Shown: positions 18,440-29,014, counted from the first letter of the stretch. The stretch is 64,000 bases of DNA from Candidatus Chisholmbacteria bacterium (GCA_963704905.1 CAVPHZ010000002.1:634-64633), one strand, 5' to 3'. Program-made: numbers and translations. Notes: generated by a model from the letters alone, not told the origin.

Positions 18440-21153
18440 AAAAGAAACGAAATTCATCAATGTATAAGTGGATTCTGGTTATTGTTCTGCTTTCACTTTT
18501 CATCATTTGGCCGATGTTCCGGTCCGGATACTGGGAGAGTGATGATGGGGAGTGGATGGTGATTCGCTTTTCAGCCTTTCATGAATCACTAACAGATGGT
18601 CATTTTCCAGTTCGCTGGACGCAGAGGTTAAATCACGAGTTTGGCTATCCGGTCATGAATTTCTTGTATCCACTCCCGTTTTATCTTGCTGAATTGCCAA
18701 AGACACTTGGACTTGGTTTTGTTGATAGTGTCAAAGTCGTATTTGCCTCAAGTGTCGTAATCTCTGGTATTGGTATGTTTCTCTATGCCAAAAAGTGGGG
18801 AAGATTGGAAGGATTGCTTGCTTCAATCTTGTATTTATTCGCTCCATATCGCTTTTTTGTCCTCTACACCAGGGGATCATTAGGGGAGAGTGTAGCACTT
18901 GCCTTTGTACCTTTTCTATTTTATTTATTAGATCGACTTTTCAAGAAACCAAATATGAATAATACTTTGTTAAGCGGCATCATATACGCCACACTCATCA
19001 TGTCGCACAATGTTATCGCACTATTATTCACACCCATCGCCATACTGTACGTCTTCTTCAAACGAACAAGTAAAAAATTTTCACTTACCTATCCCCTTTT
19101 TGCCCTCACTATTGGTCTGTTACTTTCAGCATTTTTCTGGCTACCAGCGATAGCTGAACTGCAATACACCAGAGCAGCGAACCTCGTAATCTCCAACTAC
19201 AGCCAGTATCTTTTAAATGATCCACAGCTCATCTCACGACTTGGGCCAATTCACATGTTTGTTATAGCGGCAGGGTTAATTCTTGGTGCAAAATTCTTTT
19301 CAATCATTGGAATAGTCGTTGCATTTCTGATGCATACAAGCTTCAGTCATATTACGCAGTTTGTACCATTAATTCAAAAAATACAATTTCCATGGAGAAT
19401 GAGCACCGTATTCATGTTTGCTTCAGCCGCAACTGGAGCAAAGGTAATAAGCTCTAAACAAATTAAGAAGCGAGTCAAACCATTTATTGTCATCATCATT
19501 GGTGCGATATTTATTGCATTGTCATTCAATCAAACATACGGCATTAGATACGTTTCAAGAGATGAAGGGTTTTATACAACTAATGATGATACGACGACAG
19601 TGCAAAATGAATTCACGCCAATTTGGGTAATGAATGATCCAAAAAACAAAGTTGACCAGATGTTTGAGATTAAGTCTCATTCGGGAAAGTATGAAATTAC
19701 TGGTGAAGACCATCGAACTGGCTTTCACTTTTTCCAAATCCGCCTTAAAGACGAGGTGATCATTAAGGCTAATATTCATTACTTTCCTGGGTGGGAAATC
19801 TATGTTGATGATAAGAGAATAGAGCTAGATCCATCTCAAACTAATGACCTCTTAGAAGTCTTAGTTACGCCAATAGAATTTAAACTCAGAGATGTTAAAT
19901 TTGTCTTTGAATCAACGCCAATTCGCAAAATTTCAGAGTGGATTTCGATAATTGCTGCGGTTGGAATCACTGCATATTTCATATTCAAATATTTCGGAAA
20001 AAAAGATTGGAAAAAAGCATTGGGGATAACCACTGGAACCATTGCTATCCTAACGATAACGTTCTTTCTGCTGTCAAATCTTCATACATTTAGTGACACC
20101 TTTGACCCGAGAATTTCAGAACAAAAATATCTCAACTCTCAATGGATTGAAGGCGATGCAGGAAAAAATGTTCCCATAGGAGATAGTGGATTATATGCTT
20201 GGGCAGGATGGGAATATGTTCACGGAATAAATCCAATTCTCATTAATCCAGAAATGCCACCGATGGGAAAATACATCATTGGATTGGGGTTGTTGACACT
20301 TCACAGACCTGCAGTCATTGGCCTTATTTTTAACGGCTTTGCACTTCTCTCTCACTTTTTCTTAGCTAAAGAAGTAGTGAAGAATAAATGGCTAGCTATT
20401 ACATCAACCGCCCTTTTATCAACCGAGCCCATCATGAGAAACTTGCTCAACCTAACCATGCTTGATGGTCTACAATTGGGTTTTCTTAACCTAAGTTTCT
20501 TATTTTTCATAAAAGGCTTAAAAAATAAACCCTGGTTTATTCTCTCCTCGCTCATGCTTGGTGCGATGGCGTCTACCAAATTTTATGCTTCATCAGCTTC
20601 TGTTATTGGAAGCCTACTTTTATATCTAATAATTTCTCGAAAGTGGAGAGAATTGTGGTACTTCACATTCACCTTGCCAATAGTTGCCCTCGTACATACA
20701 TTTCAGTACATTGTTTACTTTCTAGACGGGAACTCACTGAGAGGATATCTCGGTGTACAAAAATGGATCTATACATTTTACAAACAAGGGAATGTCGGAA
20801 CGATTCCTGCCGGTTCATACTGGTTACTTGTGCTATTTAATCGCTGGAGAGTCTGGTTTACCGATGAGTGGGGCGTCTATAAAACGATTACCAGTGATTT
20901 GTGGAGATTTTCTTGGCCATTGAATTTATTTGCTGTATGTTCCTCAGTTTACCTATCCCTCAAAAAGCAGTTTCAGGAAGGTCAAAATGTTCTCATTATC
21001 TGGTTGCTTGTTTACAGCGGGTTCCTGACCTTCGTCATTGGCTGGCCACATTACATGCTACTCTATTTGCCTTTCAGTTATATCTTGCTTGTCTCCCTTA
21101 TTGATAAACTCGCACCTATTACCTTGAAAAGACTGGAAAAATGGAAAAAGTAA
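18436..21153 (+). CDS. Fusion of two GT-C modules: N-terminal 'PTPS-related'/YfhO-like GT-C plus C-terminal PMT-like GT-C
   Basis: N-part: SDDGEW, FPVRW, GYPVMNFLYPL, APYR, RGSLGE, SHN, FFWLPA, QFPWR, YFPGWEIYVD. C-part: SQW...GDSGLYAWAG...NPEMPPMGKY, LD, STKFY. Confidence 0.85.
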   Translation: MKKKRNSSMYKWILVIVLLSLFIIWPMFRSGYWESDDGEWMVIRFSAFHESLTDGHFPVRWTQRLNHEFGYPVMNFLYPLPFYLAELPKTLGLGFVDSVKVVFASSVVISGIGMFLYAKKWGRLEGLLASILYLFAPYRFFVLYTRGSLGESVALAFVPFLFYLLDRLFKKPNMNNTLLSGIIYATLIMSHNVIALLFTPIAILYVFFKRTSKKFSLTYPLFALTIGLLLSAFFWLPAIAELQYTRAANLVISNYSQYLLNDPQLISRLGPIHMFVIAAGLILGAKFFSIIGIVVAFLMHTSFSHITQFVPLIQKIQFPWRMSTVFMFASAATGAKVISSKQIKKRVKPFIVIIIGAIFIALSFNQTYGIRYVSRDEGFYTTNDDTTTVQNEFTPIWVMNDPKNKVDQMFEIKSHSGKYEITGEDHRTGFHFFQIRLKDEVIIKANIHYFPGWEIYVDDKRIELDPSQTNDLLEVLVTPIEFKLRDVKFVFESTPIRKISEWISIIAAVGITAYFIFKYFGKKDWKKALGITTGTIAILTITFFLLSNLHTFSDTFDPRISEQKYLNSQWIEGDAGKNVPIGDSGLYAWAGWEYVHGINPILINPEMPPMGKYIIGLGLLTLHRPAVIGLIFNGFALLSHFFLAKEVVKNKWLAITSTALLSTEPIMRNLLNLTMLDGLQLGFLNLSFLFFIKGLKNKPWFILSSLMLGAMASTKFYASSASVIGSLLLYLIISRKWRELWYFTFTLPIVALVHTFQYIVYFLDGNSLRGYLGVQKWIYTFYKQGNVGTIPAGSYWLLVLFNRWRVWFTDEWGVYKTITSDLWRFSWPLNLFAVCSSVYLSLKKQFQEGQNVLIIWLLVYSGFLTFVIGWPHYMLLYLPFSYILLVSLIDKLAPITLKRLEKWKK

Positions 21154-22895
21154 ATTCTTTACTCAAGCGTCATTGGGCATTCATCGTCATTGTCTTTCTG
21201 ACAATTCCAGCCATGCTTCCATTATTCAAATCTGGATTCTTTCCCATACATGATGATCAACAGGTGGTTCGATTATTTGAACTGGATCGATCGCTTGCCG
21301 CTGGCCAATTTCCTGCCCGGTGGGTTAAGAATCTTGGCTTTGGATTTGGTTATCCATTATTTATTTTTTATCCACCTTTCATCTACTACCTTGGGGAAAT
21401 ATTTCACCTTGGTTTGGGAACAGGATTTATCGATTCAATAAAATTGGTCTTCGCAGCCGCATTTATTGGGGCAGCATATTCTATGTATCTTTGGGTAAAA
21501 GAGCATTTCGGTAAAGTACCGGCAATTGTTGCCGCAGCATTGTATACCTACGCGCCATATCATGCAGTTGATGCATATGTAAGAGGTGCGCTTGCTGAGC
21601 TCATGTCGTTTGTCTGGCTACCTGTAATTTTACTCGCTACAGATCGGTTAATCACAAAAAAACAAAAGCACTATTGGCTGTGGCTGGGAGTTTTTCTCGC
21701 ACTTCTGATGATCACGCATAATCTTATCTTTCTACCATTTTTCCCACTCTTTCTGATTTACGCTGGCTTTCTCCTTCTAAAAACAACTAATAAAACACCC
21801 CATATACTACATACTATTTACGCTATACTCTTAGCCCTTGGACTCAGTGCCTTCTTCTGGATTCCAGCACTTATTGAAAAGCAATACACGTTGGTAGATT
21901 CAATCTTGCTTTCAGAACTGGCCAGTTACAAACTACATTTTGTTGAGTTACAACAACTATGGAACTCTCTTTGGGGATTCGGCGGCTCAACCGCCGGTCT
22001 CTTAGACGGTCTATCGTTTAAAATTGGTAAACTCCATGTAGTTCTTTCAATATTCTCGGTAGCTGTTTTGGGAGTTTACTACAAGCAGACGCGAGAAAAA
22101 CCAATAACATATTCTGTATTTATTGTCTCAATTCTTACTCTCCTAAGTGTATTCCTCACAACTGTGTTTTCTCAAGTCATCTGGGAAATAGCTAGTCCAC
22201 TGCAATTCCTCCAATTTCCCTGGAGATTCCTGACATTTATCGTTCTTGGTTCTGCATTCCTCTCAGCCGGTTTTATTTATGCCTTCGAGATCATACTCAA
22301 AAACTCACTCGCAACACTTGTCCTAGTGATTACGGTTCTTATTCTTTTATTCATTCCAAACCTCAAACTCTTTGCACCCCAGTCATATCTTGATGTAACT
22401 GATAGCTATTACACATCAGATGATTTCATTAAATGGAGAATCAGCAAAACCAGTTTTGAATTTGTACCAAAAGGAGTTAAAACAACTACGGAATATCAAC
22501 AACTTGAAAATAAAGAGATCACTCAGGTTGCAATAAGCGAAAATGAAATTCGAAAAACAGCATATGAAGTTCTCAGCGGAAATGTTGAAGTAAGTATTGT
22601 CCAAGATAATCCCGGAAATATCATACTAGAAACAAAATCAAGCCAAGAAAGCCAAGTTCAGCTCAATACATTTGATTTCCCTGGCTGGTCGGTACGATTG
22701 GATAGGGAAAATATTCAGCACAGTTCTCAAAATGATTTACATTTGATACGGGTAAATATTCCTGACGGTGAACACACGATTGAAGCAAGATTCTCAGAAA
22801 CCCCAGTAAGAAAGCTTTCAGACCTCATAACTCTCTCATCTCTTGGTATTTTCTTCTACTTTTTATTTAATGAGTACTTACTTAATAAGAAGTGA
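21141..22895 (+). CDS. 'PTPS-related'/YfhO-like GT-C membrane protein
   Basis: IHDDQQ, GQFPARW, GYPLFIFYPP, APYH, RGALAE, THN, FFWIPAL, QFPWRF and FPGW motifs. Confidence 0.87.
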   Translation: MEKVNSLLKRHWAFIVIVFLTIPAMLPLFKSGFFPIHDDQQVVRLFELDRSLAAGQFPARWVKNLGFGFGYPLFIFYPPFIYYLGEIFHLGLGTGFIDSIKLVFAAAFIGAAYSMYLWVKEHFGKVPAIVAAALYTYAPYHAVDAYVRGALAELMSFVWLPVILLATDRLITKKQKHYWLWLGVFLALLMITHNLIFLPFFPLFLIYAGFLLLKTTNKTPHILHTIYAILLALGLSAFFWIPALIEKQYTLVDSILLSELASYKLHFVELQQLWNSLWGFGGSTAGLLDGLSFKIGKLHVVLSIFSVAVLGVYYKQTREKPITYSVFIVSILTLLSVFLTTVFSQVIWEIASPLQFLQFPWRFLTFIVLGSAFLSAGFIYAFEIILKNSLATLVLVITVLILLFIPNLKLFAPQSYLDVTDSYYTSDDFIKWRISKTSFEFVPKGVKTTTEYQQLENKEITQVAISENEIRKTAYEVLSGNVEVSIVQDNPGNIILETKSSQESQVQLNTFDFPGWSVRLDRENIQHSSQNDLHLIRVNIPDGEHTIEARFSETPVRKLSDLITLSSLGIFFYFLFNEYLLNKK

Positions 22896-24427
22896 AAAAG
22901 TCTCGAAATGCAAAGCTACTCCCTCAAGAGCAGAAGCTCAAAAAGATCATTATAGTAAGTTGTGGTTTACTTCTAGTAGTCACCTTCTATCTTCATGCTC
23001 GACTGATAGTAATCAATGCTCCAATTGAACTCAGAGAAAGTGCAACTGTTCTTACCACCAGTGCATTACTCAAAGGCATCAACCCATTTTCGCTGGAACA
23101 CACACCGGAATTTATTAATGTACACGGAATTCTATACAACCTTGTTGTCTACCCGTTTGCTGCATTCTTCGGATCTACTTTTTTACTCCATCGTAACGTT
23201 TCTGCTTTTTTTATCTTCGCCTCAACTGTTTTGATTTATTTGGCGATATTGAAGGAGAGTCATTCTTCTTGGCTAGCATTTACAGCATCAGTTTTCATAT
23301 ATTCCCAGATCGTAATTGGCACACCGATTGGGATGTCAGGAGGTTTTGATGTGGTTTCACGACCGGATTCACTTGGAATGTTTTTGTTTTTAGCCAGCCT
23401 GCTCATACCATATTGGTTAAAGTTCAGTAATAGAGGATTAATAGTAGGTTTAACACTTGGAATATTGGCGTTTTTTGCAAAGCCGTACTTTATTCTCGGA
23501 CTTGTCTTTCTAGGCATTTACCTGTTTCTCTTCAATGCAAAGAAGACAGGTCTGATATTTTCACTAGGCGGAGTAGCGCTATTCATATTCGTTGCATGTA
23601 TCGTACAGTATTATTTTGAAACCTATTTTTTTAATGTTGTCCTCATCCATCATGGTATTCGTAGCTGGAGCTTTCCACATCTCATCAGCCAGATTAAGAC
23701 GATAGTTGTGTGGAATGGAGCACCATTAGCCGTGCTCATTTTGTGGCTAACGCAAAAGAAAGCAGCAAGAGTAAAAATTGACTATTTTTCATCAGCGCTG
23801 GTTTTTTTTACGATTATAACTGTTACGCTTTTCGGACCGCACATGGGAAATGCGATGAGCTACTTCACTCACCTCATCACACCTTTTCTGCTTATCTGGG
23901 TTTTTTCCAACATCCAAAATCCTCTATTCAACAAAGATCGCTTGTTTTTATATTTCCTGATAATCGTAAACGTAGGCATAGTGGGATTTGCAGCTACCTC
24001 ATACTATCCAAAAACTCAGATAAATAAGGCAGAGTGGAAGTGGTGGGAACAGCGGTTGAAAAAAAGTGAGAAAATATTTAACTCTTCAGCAACAGCTCAC
24101 ATAGTATTTGAGCAGAATAAGCAGCTCTATGATAATGGCCATTCTGAGTATCTAAAATATGGTCTTGAGACAAACGACAAACTTATGCTTGTACCAAGCG
24201 CAAGAGCTAAGCTGGAAGCGTATACAACTGATATACAGGGTAAAATTCACAGTCAGTTTTTCGACCTCGTTATCATCGGCGAAAATAGTTTTCCGGTCTT
24301 TTCCCGCCAAGAACTTGCCAAGACATATCAACTCGAAGACACGCGCCGAATCACCATGTACAAACAATCTTGGCTAGAAGAACTGTGGATTCCAAGAATC
24401 GATACAGAGGAGGTTAGTGAGAAATGA
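22892..24427 (+). CDS. Polytopic membrane protein, probable GT-C glycosyltransferase
   Basis: TM1 followed by PIELRE...G.NP...HGILY, SRPD, FAKP, about 11 TM segments and a soluble C-terminal domain; GTGA overlap. Confidence 0.68.
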   Translation: MKKSRNAKLLPQEQKLKKIIIVSCGLLLVVTFYLHARLIVINAPIELRESATVLTTSALLKGINPFSLEHTPEFINVHGILYNLVVYPFAAFFGSTFLLHRNVSAFFIFASTVLIYLAILKESHSSWLAFTASVFIYSQIVIGTPIGMSGGFDVVSRPDSLGMFLFLASLLIPYWLKFSNRGLIVGLTLGILAFFAKPYFILGLVFLGIYLFLFNAKKTGLIFSLGGVALFIFVACIVQYYFETYFFNVVLIHHGIRSWSFPHLISQIKTIVVWNGAPLAVLILWLTQKKAARVKIDYFSSALVFFTIITVTLFGPHMGNAMSYFTHLITPFLLIWVFSNIQNPLFNKDRLFLYFLIIVNVGIVGFAATSYYPKTQINKAEWKWWEQRLKKSEKIFNSSATAHIVFEQNKQLYDNGHSEYLKYGLETNDKLMLVPSARAKLEAYTTDIQGKIHSQFFDLVIIGENSFPVFSRQELAKTYQLEDTRRITMYKQSWLEELWIPRIDTEEVSEK

Positions 24428-25449
24428 GTAAGCTTTCAATCTGGGCAAATCTATGTCCAAGAAAGTTATTTTGGGAACTTCGTCAACTTGATGACACACC
24501 CGCTTCAATCAAGCCATGGTGGAAACAAACACAGATCCTCTATAAATGTCTTAAGCTGTTAAAAAACATTGGTATTGATGGTTTGCGTCTCAATATATTT
24601 AATCTGGAACTAACATCAGATGGAAAGCGAATACACTGGAATCGGTTAGAGAAGATCTTAGAAATGACCAGTAAACTAGGGTTGAAGATCGACTATTGTC
24701 TCGGGCCATTTCAATATCCTCAATGGCCAGGCATTCGTCTCCCGGAAAAGATACTTTCTTACTGTGATGGAAGATTAACTCTTGATGAGGTAGATGTCAT
24801 TAAAGAATTTGGTCTGAAATTTCTTGCATTGCAACTGAATCGTCTTGGAAATGATAAGAGAATTTCAAGTTTTTACTTGGGGAACGAATGGCCAAATCGT
24901 CAAGAGATAGAAGGAACTAAAGGCAAGTATATCTCAATCTCCAAAGACTTCATGTTGAAATCAGCAGAACTTTATAAAAACGTAACGAATAAACCAATAA
25001 TCATGAATACCAATATTGACGCAGGTGAAACAAAAAAACTCATAGAAGTTTTTTCTCCTTTTATAGATCTTCTGAGATCACAATTATGGATAGGTCTAGA
25101 TATTTACCCTTCCAGAGAGAACCTTCTGCATCATCCAAAGATATGGTGGCACCGAAAAAGAGGGAACTATATGAGCTCGATAGGAAGGCTCAAAGATGAA
25201 CTCACAAAGAACTTACTCTTTTCTGAAGTTGAAGCCCAACCATGGGGAAAAGGAGAATCATGGGTTGAATATTTCAAGTTAAAGATGGAAACCTACACCA
25301 AGAAAGATTTTAAGAATACAATGAATAACATTATTATCCCCTCGGGATTGGAAAAAACCACACTCTGGGGTGCAGAATTCTGGCTCCTCAGTCATTTTCT
25401 AGGCTTCAACTGGCCACTGAGGATAATTAATGAACTGACATCAACTTAA
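24424..25449 (+). CDS. Clan GH-A (GH5/GH42-like) TIM-barrel glycoside hydrolase
   Basis: GIDGLRL, YPQWP, YLGNEW (acid/base NE), GLDIYP, FSEVEAQPW (nucleophile) and LWGAEFW motifs; SD-like GAGGAGG at ~24407; no evident signal peptide. Confidence 0.72.
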   Translation: MSKLSIWANLCPRKLFWELRQLDDTPASIKPWWKQTQILYKCLKLLKNIGIDGLRLNIFNLELTSDGKRIHWNRLEKILEMTSKLGLKIDYCLGPFQYPQWPGIRLPEKILSYCDGRLTLDEVDVIKEFGLKFLALQLNRLGNDKRISSFYLGNEWPNRQEIEGTKGKYISISKDFMLKSAELYKNVTNKPIIMNTNIDAGETKKLIEVFSPFIDLLRSQLWIGLDIYPSRENLLHHPKIWWHRKRGNYMSSIGRLKDELTKNLLFSEVEAQPWGKGESWVEYFKLKMETYTKKDFKNTMNNIIIPSGLEKTTLWGAEFWLLSHFLGFNWPLRIINELTST

Positions 25450-25467
25450 ATTCAACACTTTTTGAAA

Positions 25468-25476
25468 TGCTACAAT
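25468..25476 (+). promoter_or_regulatory. Putative extended -10 promoter (TG-C-TACAAT) giving a leaderless wzx mRNA
   Basis: The hexamer at 25471-25476 ends 6 nt before ATG 25483; no SD. Confidence 0.65.
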
Positions 25477-25482
25477 AGTTTC

Positions 25483-26970
25483 ATGCAGGAACACACCCCT
25501 GAAGATCGCCTTCTGGAAGAAATCGATATTGAGGAAGTGAAGCATAGGTCTGTAAAAGGCGTCGTTGCCTTAGCTGGTCGAACTGGTTTTCTTCAGACAC
25601 TGACACTTGTAGCAACCTTCATGCTCACAGTATTTCTTTCCCCTCAGGAGTACGGTATATTTTTTGTGGTCTCAGCAGTAGTTAATTTTCTCATCTATTT
25701 TTCCGACATTGGTCTTGCAGCAGCGCTCATTCAAAAGAAAGAAAGTATTGAAGAGGATGATCTCGCTACAACCTTCACTATCCAACAGATGATGGTAGTA
25801 ACCCTTGTTGTAATTTCTCTTTGGGGCTCAGCACACATAGCAGGTTTCTATCAGTTGAGTCCTGGTGGTTTATCGCTCCTCCGTGCTTTGATCGTTGCAT
25901 TTTTCTTATCATCACTCAAAACAATTCCATCAATTATTCTTGAACGTAAACTTCAATTTAATAAACTAATAATTCCTCAAATTGTTGAAAATATTGTTTT
26001 TTATTCGGTAGCCGTCTACTTTGCCTGGCAAGGAAAGGGAGTTGAAAGTTTTACTGTAGCAGTTCTGCTCAGAGGATTATCGGGGTTGTTTGTTATGTAT
26101 CTCCTCCAACCATGGAGGCCAGCCTTCGCTTTCAAGAGAAAATCTGCCAAACAACTCCTGTCTTTTGGTGTTCCCTTTCAGGCCAATAGCTTGCTTGCAC
26201 TGGTAAAAGATGATTTACTCACAGCCTATTTAGGCAGAGTACTGACACTTGCTGAGGTAGGTTTTATCGGATGGGCACAGCGCTGGGCGCTAACTCCATT
26301 ACGGTTTTTCAGCGATAGCATCATCAAAGTCACCTTCCCAGCCTACTCACGGTTACAACACGAAAAGGAAGCACTAAAAAAGGCAGTAGAAAAATCCATA
26401 TTTGCAGTTGCTACAGTTGTCTTCCCATCCGTAGTTGGGTTAATAACCATTGCACCGGCAATGATTCAAATTATTCCCCGATATGAAAAGTGGCAACCTG
26501 CACTTCTATCACTAACTCTTTTTGGAGTGAATGCACTCTGGTCTTCAATTTCTACCACCCTTACCAATACGCTCAATGCAACCGGGCACATCAAAAAAAG
26601 CCTGATGCTCATGGTAATGTGGACGACGTTGACATGGGTGTTAACACCCGTACTTATAGCAGTAGTCGGATTCAATGGTGTTGCGTTGGCCTCAGCATTA
26701 ACAGCCACGTCCTCAATCGTTGCCATTTATCTCGTCAGAAAGATTGTCCAAATTGAGATCATGCCCAACATTACCGCACCGATCATTTCTACCGCAATGA
26801 TGGGCGCTCTCGTATATGCGCTTACGCCAGTACTAGCCTCTTCATTAGCTAGAATCGGTCTATTGATACTGACTGCTGTTATACTGTATGCGTTTTTAAT
26901 GATGTTGTTTGCGGGCAAAAAAGTGCTTCAAGAATTTGCTTTGGTTAGGAATTATTTAAAGACTAAATGA
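25483..26970 (+). CDS. wzx: Wzx/MOP-family oligosaccharide flippase
   Basis: LSPQEYG, FSDIGLAAALIQKK, ILERKLQF and VTFPAYSRLQ motifs; 12-14 TM segments. Confidence 0.92.
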   Translation: MQEHTPEDRLLEEIDIEEVKHRSVKGVVALAGRTGFLQTLTLVATFMLTVFLSPQEYGIFFVVSAVVNFLIYFSDIGLAAALIQKKESIEEDDLATTFTIQQMMVVTLVVISLWGSAHIAGFYQLSPGGLSLLRALIVAFFLSSLKTIPSIILERKLQFNKLIIPQIVENIVFYSVAVYFAWQGKGVESFTVAVLLRGLSGLFVMYLLQPWRPAFAFKRKSAKQLLSFGVPFQANSLLALVKDDLLTAYLGRVLTLAEVGFIGWAQRWALTPLRFFSDSIIKVTFPAYSRLQHEKEALKKAVEKSIFAVATVVFPSVVGLITIAPAMIQIIPRYEKWQPALLSLTLFGVNALWSSISTTLTNTLNATGHIKKSLMLMVMWTTLTWVLTPVLIAVVGFNGVALASALTATSSIVAIYLVRKIVQIEIMPNITAPIISTAMMGALVYALTPVLASSLARIGLLILTAVILYAFLMMLFAGKKVLQEFALVRNYLKTK

Positions 26971-27875
26971 AAATATCGGTAGTAATCACCGCTCATAACG
27001 AGGAAAAGATGATTGAGGATTGCCTCAAGTCTGTAAACTGGGCAAATGAGATTATTCTCGTAGATAACGAATCAAGTGACAATACTGGCACAATTGCGAA
27101 AAAATTTACAGATAAAATATTCACTCATAAAAACGATCCAATAAATTTGAATGACAGCAAAAACTTTGGATTTACTAAGGCTTCCGGAGATTGGATCTTA
27201 AGTATAGATGCGGACGAACGAATTAGTCCTGAACTTCACAAAGAGATAATCCAAAGACTCATGGGCGCTCCTGACTATGTCGATGGCTATCTTATACCAA
27301 GAAAAAATATCATCTTTGGAAAATGGATTAAGCATGGTCTGTGGTATCCAGACCACCAACTGAGACTATTTAGAAAAGGTAAAGGAAAATTCCCAAGCAA
27401 ACACAACCACGAACTTCTTGAAGTTAAGGGTCAGACATTAGAACTTAAACAACACATCGTCCACCTCAACTACACCTCAGTAGATCAATATCTTAACAAA
27501 ATCGCTTATTACTACTCTGACAATGAAGCTGAACAATACCTCAATTCTGGGAAAAAGCTCCAGTGGTATGATGCTATTCGAATGCCAGCTTCAGATTTTC
27601 TCCTTAATTTCTTCGCCAGAAGTGGGTACAAAGACGGTTTACATGGGTTAGCATTGAGTTTACTGCAGTCGTTTTACATGTTCATTGTGTTTGCTAAAGT
27701 TTGGGAAAAACAAGGATTTTGGGAATACAATAGTAAAGAATTTCTTGAGGATACAAAAAAAGAATTCATTTCAAAAGGAAAAGAATTGCGGTACTGGATC
27801 AGTCGAACAAGGGAAGAAAATAGCGGCGATATTGAACGACTACTGTTGAAAGTCAAACGGAAACTACTTCCATGA
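26967..27875 (+). CDS. GT2, beta-1,4-glucosyltransferase-like (WaaE/LgtF type)
   Basis: ISVVITAHNEE, WILSIDADER, PRKN, WYPDHQLRLF, HE and GYKDG motifs. Confidence 0.9.
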   Translation: MKISVVITAHNEEKMIEDCLKSVNWANEIILVDNESSDNTGTIAKKFTDKIFTHKNDPINLNDSKNFGFTKASGDWILSIDADERISPELHKEIIQRLMGAPDYVDGYLIPRKNIIFGKWIKHGLWYPDHQLRLFRKGKGKFPSKHNHELLEVKGQTLELKQHIVHLNYTSVDQYLNKIAYYYSDNEAEQYLNSGKKLQWYDAIRMPASDFLLNFFARSGYKDGLHGLALSLLQSFYMFIVFAKVWEKQGFWEYNSKEFLEDTKKEFISKGKELRYWISRTREENSGDIERLLLKVKRKLLP

Positions 27876-29014
27876 GTAGCCGAAGGGCATACGGAGTACT
27901 TCTCTTAATCATTACTCTTTTCTTTCTTTCATACCTTGTACAAGGACTTGGATTTTTATATGGAGATAACTTGGGTCAGAGAATTCCAGGCATATATTTT
28001 TGGAAAAATGAAGTAACCAGCGGACGATTACCACTTTGGAATCCATATATTCTTGGGGGATTACCTTTTCTCGCAGATCTTTCTCATAACGCGCTTTCAC
28101 CGACCAATATTGTCTATCTAGTAATGTCAGTTCCCTATGCTATTACCGCGTTAACAATAATCTACATCGCCATCGCAGCTTGTGCAACCTACGCGTATGT
28201 ACATAGCGTAACCAACAAAACGCTGCCGAGCATGTTTTCTGCGATTACATTTGCCCTATCAGGTACTGTAATCGCATCAGTAAATGACATCAACTCTTTG
28301 CAGGGTATTACACTTGTTCCGCTTGTGTTGTATGGAGCTCATCGTTTCACAGAAAAAGCAAACAATACCAGAGCATTAATACTTATCTTTGCATTAGTAT
28401 TTCAATTTTTATCCTCACATCCACAGTACAGTTACTACTCATGGATTCTGGTCGCAAGTTACATTGTTGTGTTTGGAACAGGGAAACTGAAAGTAAGAGT
28501 AGCAAAAACATTTGCTGTATTTCTCTTTACTCTCGGACTAATCGCCGTGCAGCTCTTACCTTTTTTAGAGCTTGCTCGAGAGTCATATCGTCCGCAAACA
28601 AGTGAGTTCGCAGCCCAAAATCAACTCAAAATCATTGAACTGCCATCATTTATACTCGCTGATCTATTCGGATCGTGGAGAAGTGGTTCATCTTGGGGTC
28701 CAGGAGCACAGTTAGAAACAGGTCTGGCAAATTCTGAGGGGTATCTTGGCATCCTACCGCTTTTGTTTGCGGTTATCGCAGTCTTAAAGAGGAAATCGAA
28801 ACGGACAAAGTATTGGGTTGTAGCAGGACTCATTGCACTTCTGCTGAGCCTAGGAAATCAAACACCGTTGTATGAATTAGTAAGGCGAGCCTTACCACTT
28901 TTTTCAAATTTCCGATCACCAATACGGATGTTATCTATCTACAGCTTCTCGGTATCAGTATTAGCTGGAGTAGGCCTTTCAGCAATTAAAGTGGAAAGGA
29001 AAAGGAAGAAATGA
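27872..29014 (+). CDS. YfhO-family GT-C, N-terminal (membrane) half of a split gene
   Basis: GD...LPLWNPYILGGLPFLAD, SHPQ, QLLP, YLG and FRSPIR motifs. Confidence 0.83.
   Translation: MSSRRAYGVLLLIITLFFLSYLVQGLGFLYGDNLGQRIPGIYFWKNEVTSGRLPLWNPYILGGLPFLADLSHNALSPTNIVYLVMSVPYAITALTIIYIAIAACATYAYVHSVTNKTLPSMFSAITFALSGTVIASVNDINSLQGITLVPLVLYGAHRFTEKANNTRALILIFALVFQFLSSHPQYSYYSWILVASYIVVFGTGKLKVRVAKTFAVFLFTLGLIAVQLLPFLELARESYRPQTSEFAAQNQLKIIELPSFILADLFGSWRSGSSWGPGAQLETGLANSEGYLGILPLLFAVIAVLKRKSKRTKYWVVAGLIALLLSLGNQTPLYELVRRALPLFSNFRSPIRMLSIYSFSVSVLAGVGLSAIKVERKRKK

Noticed and set aside
25483-26970. Ordinary Wzx/Wzy O-antigen or capsule cluster
   Set aside because: No recognisable Wzy, Wzz, WaaL, Wza/Wzc or initiating transferase in the window, and the GT-C excess is not explained by that model.
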